A stretch of DNA of 64,000 bases from an uncultured Gemmatimonadaceae bacterium (GTDB lineage: Bacteria > Gemmatimonadota > Gemmatimonadetes > Gemmatimonadales > Gemmatimonadaceae): NCBI GenBank assembly GCA_963781585.1, contig CAWAGQ010000003.1, positions 192,001-256,000 on the forward strand, written 5' to 3'. How positions within the stretch are numbered: position 1 is the first letter of the stretch; the number at the start of each line of letters is the position of its first letter. Positions 59,236-64,000 of the stretch are shown here, one piece after another. The position numbers and the translations under genes are program-made. The notes beneath the pieces are model-generated. The model did not search any database. It worked only from the letters and a program-made list of their open reading frames with translations, and had not been told where the DNA came from.

Positions 59236-59927
59236 ATGTCTTCGCCGAGTCGCAGCGCGCGCCCCCGGTCGCCGACGCCGGCCGCCGCCGTCCGGTTCTC
59301 ACGGAACCTGCGGGCGTGGTTCAGGAGACACGGACGGGATCTGCCCTGGCGCCGCACGCGTGATCCGTACCACGTCCTGGTGTCGGAGCTGATGCTGCAG
59401 CAGACTCAGGTCTCGCGCGTGCTGGACTACTATGAACGGTTCGTGACACGTTTCCCGACCCTTGGCGCGGTGGCGGCGGCGCCGCCGCGGCGTGTCATGG
59501 AGGCGTGGACCGGTCTCGGGTACTACGCGCGCGCGCGCCACCTCCACCGGCTCGCCCGGGAGGTGACGCGGCGCGGCGCCCCGGGTGACCTCCCGGGCGA
59601 GCCCGAGGCGTTGCGCAAGCTGCCCGGCGTTGGCGCGTACACTGCGGGGGCGGTTGCCTCGTTCGCGTACGAGCGCCGCGCCGCACTGGTGGACACCAAC
59701 GTGGGACGCGTGCTGAGACGGGTCTTCGCTCCCGACCTTGACACCGCCACTGCCCATGGCCGACGCCGGCTGTGGCAGCTCGCCGACGCCACACTGCCCC
59801 GCACCGGCCGCGCCGCCTGGACGCACAACCAGGCCCTGATCGAGCTCGGCGCCCTGGTGTGCACCGCCCGCGTGATGCACTGCGATCGCTGTCCAGTGCG
59901 ATCGCAGTGCGCGACGTTGGCGCGACG

Positions 59928-59931
<4 letters not shown>
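59236..59931 (+). CDS. mutY: MutY-like HhH-GPD glycosylase, catalytic domain only
   Basis: RDLPWR, SELMLQQTQV, GLGYYARA, LPGVGAYTA, VDTNV, Fe-S C-x6-C-x2-C-x5-C. Confidence 0.82.
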
Positions 59932-61274
<1,343 letters not shown>

Positions 61275-61704
61275 GGACCAATTTCTCCCTGATCAACGGT
61301 GCTGCCATGCGCGCCCTCGCGCGCCGCACCCAAATCTAGCCCACTGAAATCCCGGCTGGCATTACCGGGCTGCGGATCGGCGACATGTTCGGCGCCGGTG
61401 ATCCGCCAATTCTGTTATCGCGCACCGTGCCGAGTCCGCTGTTGCATTCACCGATCCGCGCGTCTTTTCTTCCCCGTGTCGGCACGATTCCGCGCTTCGT
61501 CCCGCTTGGCGCGCCGCATTCGTGCGCTCTTCCATCTGAGGAGACTCCGGGATCGCTGGCGGCGATACATTCGCGAGGCACTGCTCCGAACACCGGAGCA
61601 TCGAGAGTGATCGACACCGTCGAACGCAATGGGACATCGCGCATTTCTGCGTGGGGCCCGCCCCGGCATTTGCGTCAGGCGTGTCGCGCGTGCGTCCGGA
61701 CCGT

Positions 61705-63000
61705 CTACACGCTGATCCCGTCCCGAATGGCCCTGATGACGAGATCGGCAAACAGGTCGACCTCGTCGGGCATCGTGTACACGCTCGGCGTTACACGCAA
61801 TCCATTGAACTCGGCGTGATTGATCGGCGTGGTCATGACCCGGTGCCGTGCCCAGAGCCAGGCCTGCAGCTTCGACGTTTCCAGCCCGTCGACGTGCAGC
61901 AGCGCTATGCCGCAGGAATGCGTGTCGTCCAGCGGAGTGAGTATCCGCACGCGGGGACTCGCCTGCTGCAGCCGCTTGGCCCACCGGTCGCGCAGGTAAC
62001 GAAGGCGCGCCGCCTTTCGGTCGATCCCCATCCCGCGGTTGAAGGCGATCGCCACTGCTACTGCGTTGTGGTTTGCGGCCGGGTGGGTTCCGATCTCCTC
62101 GTACTTGCGAATGTCGTCATCCATCGATGTCGGCGCCGCCATCAGCGGCCAGAGCGATTTGATCCGTTCCCCCCTCACGTAGAGGAAGCCGGTTCCGATC
62201 GGCGCGTGCAGCCACTTGTGCAGGCTGGTGCCGTAGAAATCGCACTCCAGGTCGTCGCGGGAGAATGGGAAGTGGGCGAATGCGTGGGCGCCGTCCACCA
62301 GCACAGCGATGCCCCGGCTGCGCGCCATCTCGACGATCGGTCGGACCGGAAGAATCTGTCCGGTGAGGTTGGTGATGTGGGTGAGCTCGATCACGCGCGT
62401 CCGCAGCGTGATAGCGTCGCGGAAGCGGTCCACCAGGTATGCGTCCGATGGCGGCGGCACCGTGAACGAAATGGGCTTGACCACAATGCCGTCGCGCCGA
62501 ACACGCTGGTCCCATGTGGTGAGCATGCGGCCGTAATTCTGGTTGGTCACCACGACCTCGTCTCCGCGCCGTAGGTCGAGGCCGAGAATCATCGTCTCGT
62601 TCGACTCGGAGGCATTCCTGGTGATCGCCATCTCCTCCGGATCGCAACCGAACATCCCGGCGAGGTCCCGACGCACGCTCTCGATCCGCGGTTCCAGGAC
62701 CGCCCACATGTGTTCCACCGGCATCTCGTTGGAAAAGCGCAGGTCCCGGATCATCGCCTCCAGGACATGCGTCGGCGCCGGACTCACGCCGCCGTTGTTC
62801 AGATTGACGAGTGTCCGATCGGAGTCGAAGGCGCGGGCGATCTCGCTCCAGTAGTCCTCGTCATCGGCGACCTCCAGGGGCGTCCGGCTCCCCACCACCC
62901 GTTCCGCACGGAATAGTGAGGTGAATGCCGACGCCTTGAGGGCCGGGAGCGCCACACCGGCGCGCATCAGCGATGTGACGAACGTGCGGCGGTTGGTCAT
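61705..63000 (-). CDS. Tat-signal class V PLP enzyme (isopenicillin N epimerase-like)
   Basis: MTNRRTFV, NLNNGG, VDGAH, SLHKW; GGAGG SD. Confidence 0.85.
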   Translation of the reverse strand: MTNRRTFVTSLMRAGVALPALKASAFTSLFRAERVVGSRTPLEVADDEDYWSEIARAFDSDRTLVNLNNGGVSPAPTHVLEAMIRDLRFSNEMPVEHMWAVLEPRIESVRRDLAGMFGCDPEEMAITRNASESNETMILGLDLRRGDEVVVTNQNYGRMLTTWDQRVRRDGIVVKPISFTVPPPSDAYLVDRFRDAITLRTRVIELTHITNLTGQILPVRPIVEMARSRGIAVLVDGAHAFAHFPFSRDDLECDFYGTSLHKWLHAPIGTGFLYVRGERIKSLWPLMAAPTSMDDDIRKYEEIGTHPAANHNAVAVAIAFNRGMGIDRKAARLRYLRDRWAKRLQQASPRVRILTPLDDTHSCGIALLHVDGLETSKLQAWLWARHRVMTTPINHAEFNGLRVTPSVYTMPDEVDLFADLVIRAIRDGISV

Positions 63001-63086
63001 CTCTGCCTCCACGTGGGAGATGAACGCGTCGCCACAAAGTTGGGGATGATGCGACCGGCGGGCCAGAGCGCTTCAGTCGGAGGACG

Positions 63087-63167
63087 CTTGGCTTCGACCA
63101 TTGGCTTTGGACAATGACCTGTGACCTGTGGCCCTTGGCCTTTGACCTTTGGCTGGCCTCTGGCCTC
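63087..63167. repeat. Degenerate heptamer tandem repeat TG(A/G)CCTN
   Basis: TGACCTG x2, TGGCCCT, TGGCCTT, TGACCTT, TGGCCTC x2 plus weaker units. Confidence 0.7.
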
Positions 63168-63172
63168 TTCCC

Positions 63173-64000
63173 CTACATCCGTTCGGACTGCGGCAACTCG
63201 AGCACGAAAAAGAACCGCGTGCCCTCATCCAGCGCCGTGTCCACCTGCAACTCGCCGCCCATTGCGCGCACCAGTTTCTGGCAGATCGACAGCCCCAGCC
63301 CCGCGCTCGAGAACGCGTAATCCCCGGGAATCTGTCGCTGTCGAAATGCCTCGAACAGATTCGCGATCACGTGCGCGGGGATGCCCCGGCCCGTGTCCTT
63401 CACCGAGAACTCCACGTTGGTGCGGTCGAACTCACGACAGCTGACTTCCACGAGTCCGGTGTTGGTGAACTTGATGGCGTTGGTGGCCAGGTTGAGCAGG
63501 ACGCGGTTGAGCGCGGAAGGGTGGCCGATGCGCACGTCGGCCGACGGCCCCACTGCTTTCATCGTCAGGCGCTTTTCCTCGGCCATGGGTCGCAGAATAT
63601 CGAGAATCGACTGGAGCACATCTGAGACCGAGAACGCGATCGGCTCCTGGTCAAGCAGCGTCGTGCCGCCGCGGGCGAGCTCGATGACGTCGCCGGCCAG
63701 CGCGCTGAGGCCGAACGCGGCGCTGTAGATCAGCCCCAGCTGGCGCTGCTGAATCGGCGAGAGGTCTCCGCCGGCCCCAGCGCGCAACCGCTCCGCGAGG
63801 ATGAGGATGGAACCCAGCGGGGAACGCATGTCATGGGCCATCTCGACCACCAGTTGCTGCGCGTCGTGACCGGTCAGGCGGGCTGCGAAGCGGTGGGCGG
63901 CGTCGAGGTCGAGCAAATCCTGCACGCGCTCGAACGCACGCACAATGATCACGATGTCGGAGGACTGTTCTCGCACATCCGGCGCCTCGGCATGCTCGAG
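63173..64000 (-). CDS. Sensor histidine kinase, 5'-truncated by the window edge
   Basis: AHDMRSPL, NLATNAIKFT, DTGRGI, GLGLSIC. Confidence 0.92.
   Translation of the reverse strand, partial: LEHAEAPDVREQSSDIVIIVRAFERVQDLLDLDAAHRFAARLTGHDAQQLVVEMAHDMRSPLGSILILAERLRAGAGGDLSPIQQRQLGLIYSAAFGLSALAGDVIELARGGTTLLDQEPIAFSVSDVLQSILDILRPMAEEKRLTMKAVGPSADVRIGHPSALNRVLLNLATNAIKFTNTGLVEVSCREFDRTNVEFSVKDTGRGIPAHVIANLFEAFRQRQIPGDYAFSSAGLGLSICQKLVRAMGGELQVDTALDEGTRFFFVLELPQSERM

Noticed and set aside
61275..61704. 430-bp intergenic region upstream of gltA as a riboswitch or ncRNA
   Set aside because: No recognisable conserved RNA motif by eye, only a TAGATT -10-like box; an Rfam scan would be needed

Overview
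High-GC bacterial chromosomal segment. Gene content and style suggest Gemmatimonadota (inference). It is mostly housekeeping: yebC-ruvC-ruvA, ruvB-queA-tgt-yajC-def-fmt-rsmB-PASTA-rpe-tlpA-tsaD-lgt, a cytochrome c/FTR1 permease, the acpS cluster, a VPS10-like secreted protein, a REC-GGDEF/TamA/TamB/DAGK/GAF cluster, FNR, pduO, aroB, a sigma70 factor, glcDEF, ygfZ, AAA+/VWA, moeB, mutY and gltA. No rRNA, tRNA, CRISPR array, integrase or transposase was seen. The most unusual signals are at DNA level. (1) An 8-mer CGTTAGGC/GCCTAACG occurs at least 22 times on both strands and in several reading frames, like a DNA-uptake or HIP1-type motif. (2) A ~3.7 kb islet (AraC-like regulator, S8 lipoprotein protease, small lipoprotein) is bracketed by a 28/33 direct repeat of the 3' end of the neighbouring P1-peptidase gene; it carries three +1 homopolymer frameshifts and a phased decamer array. 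(3) TANNNT boxes lie 5-7 nt before several start codons, suggesting leaderless mRNAs. All calls come from reading motifs by eye; no database searches were run.
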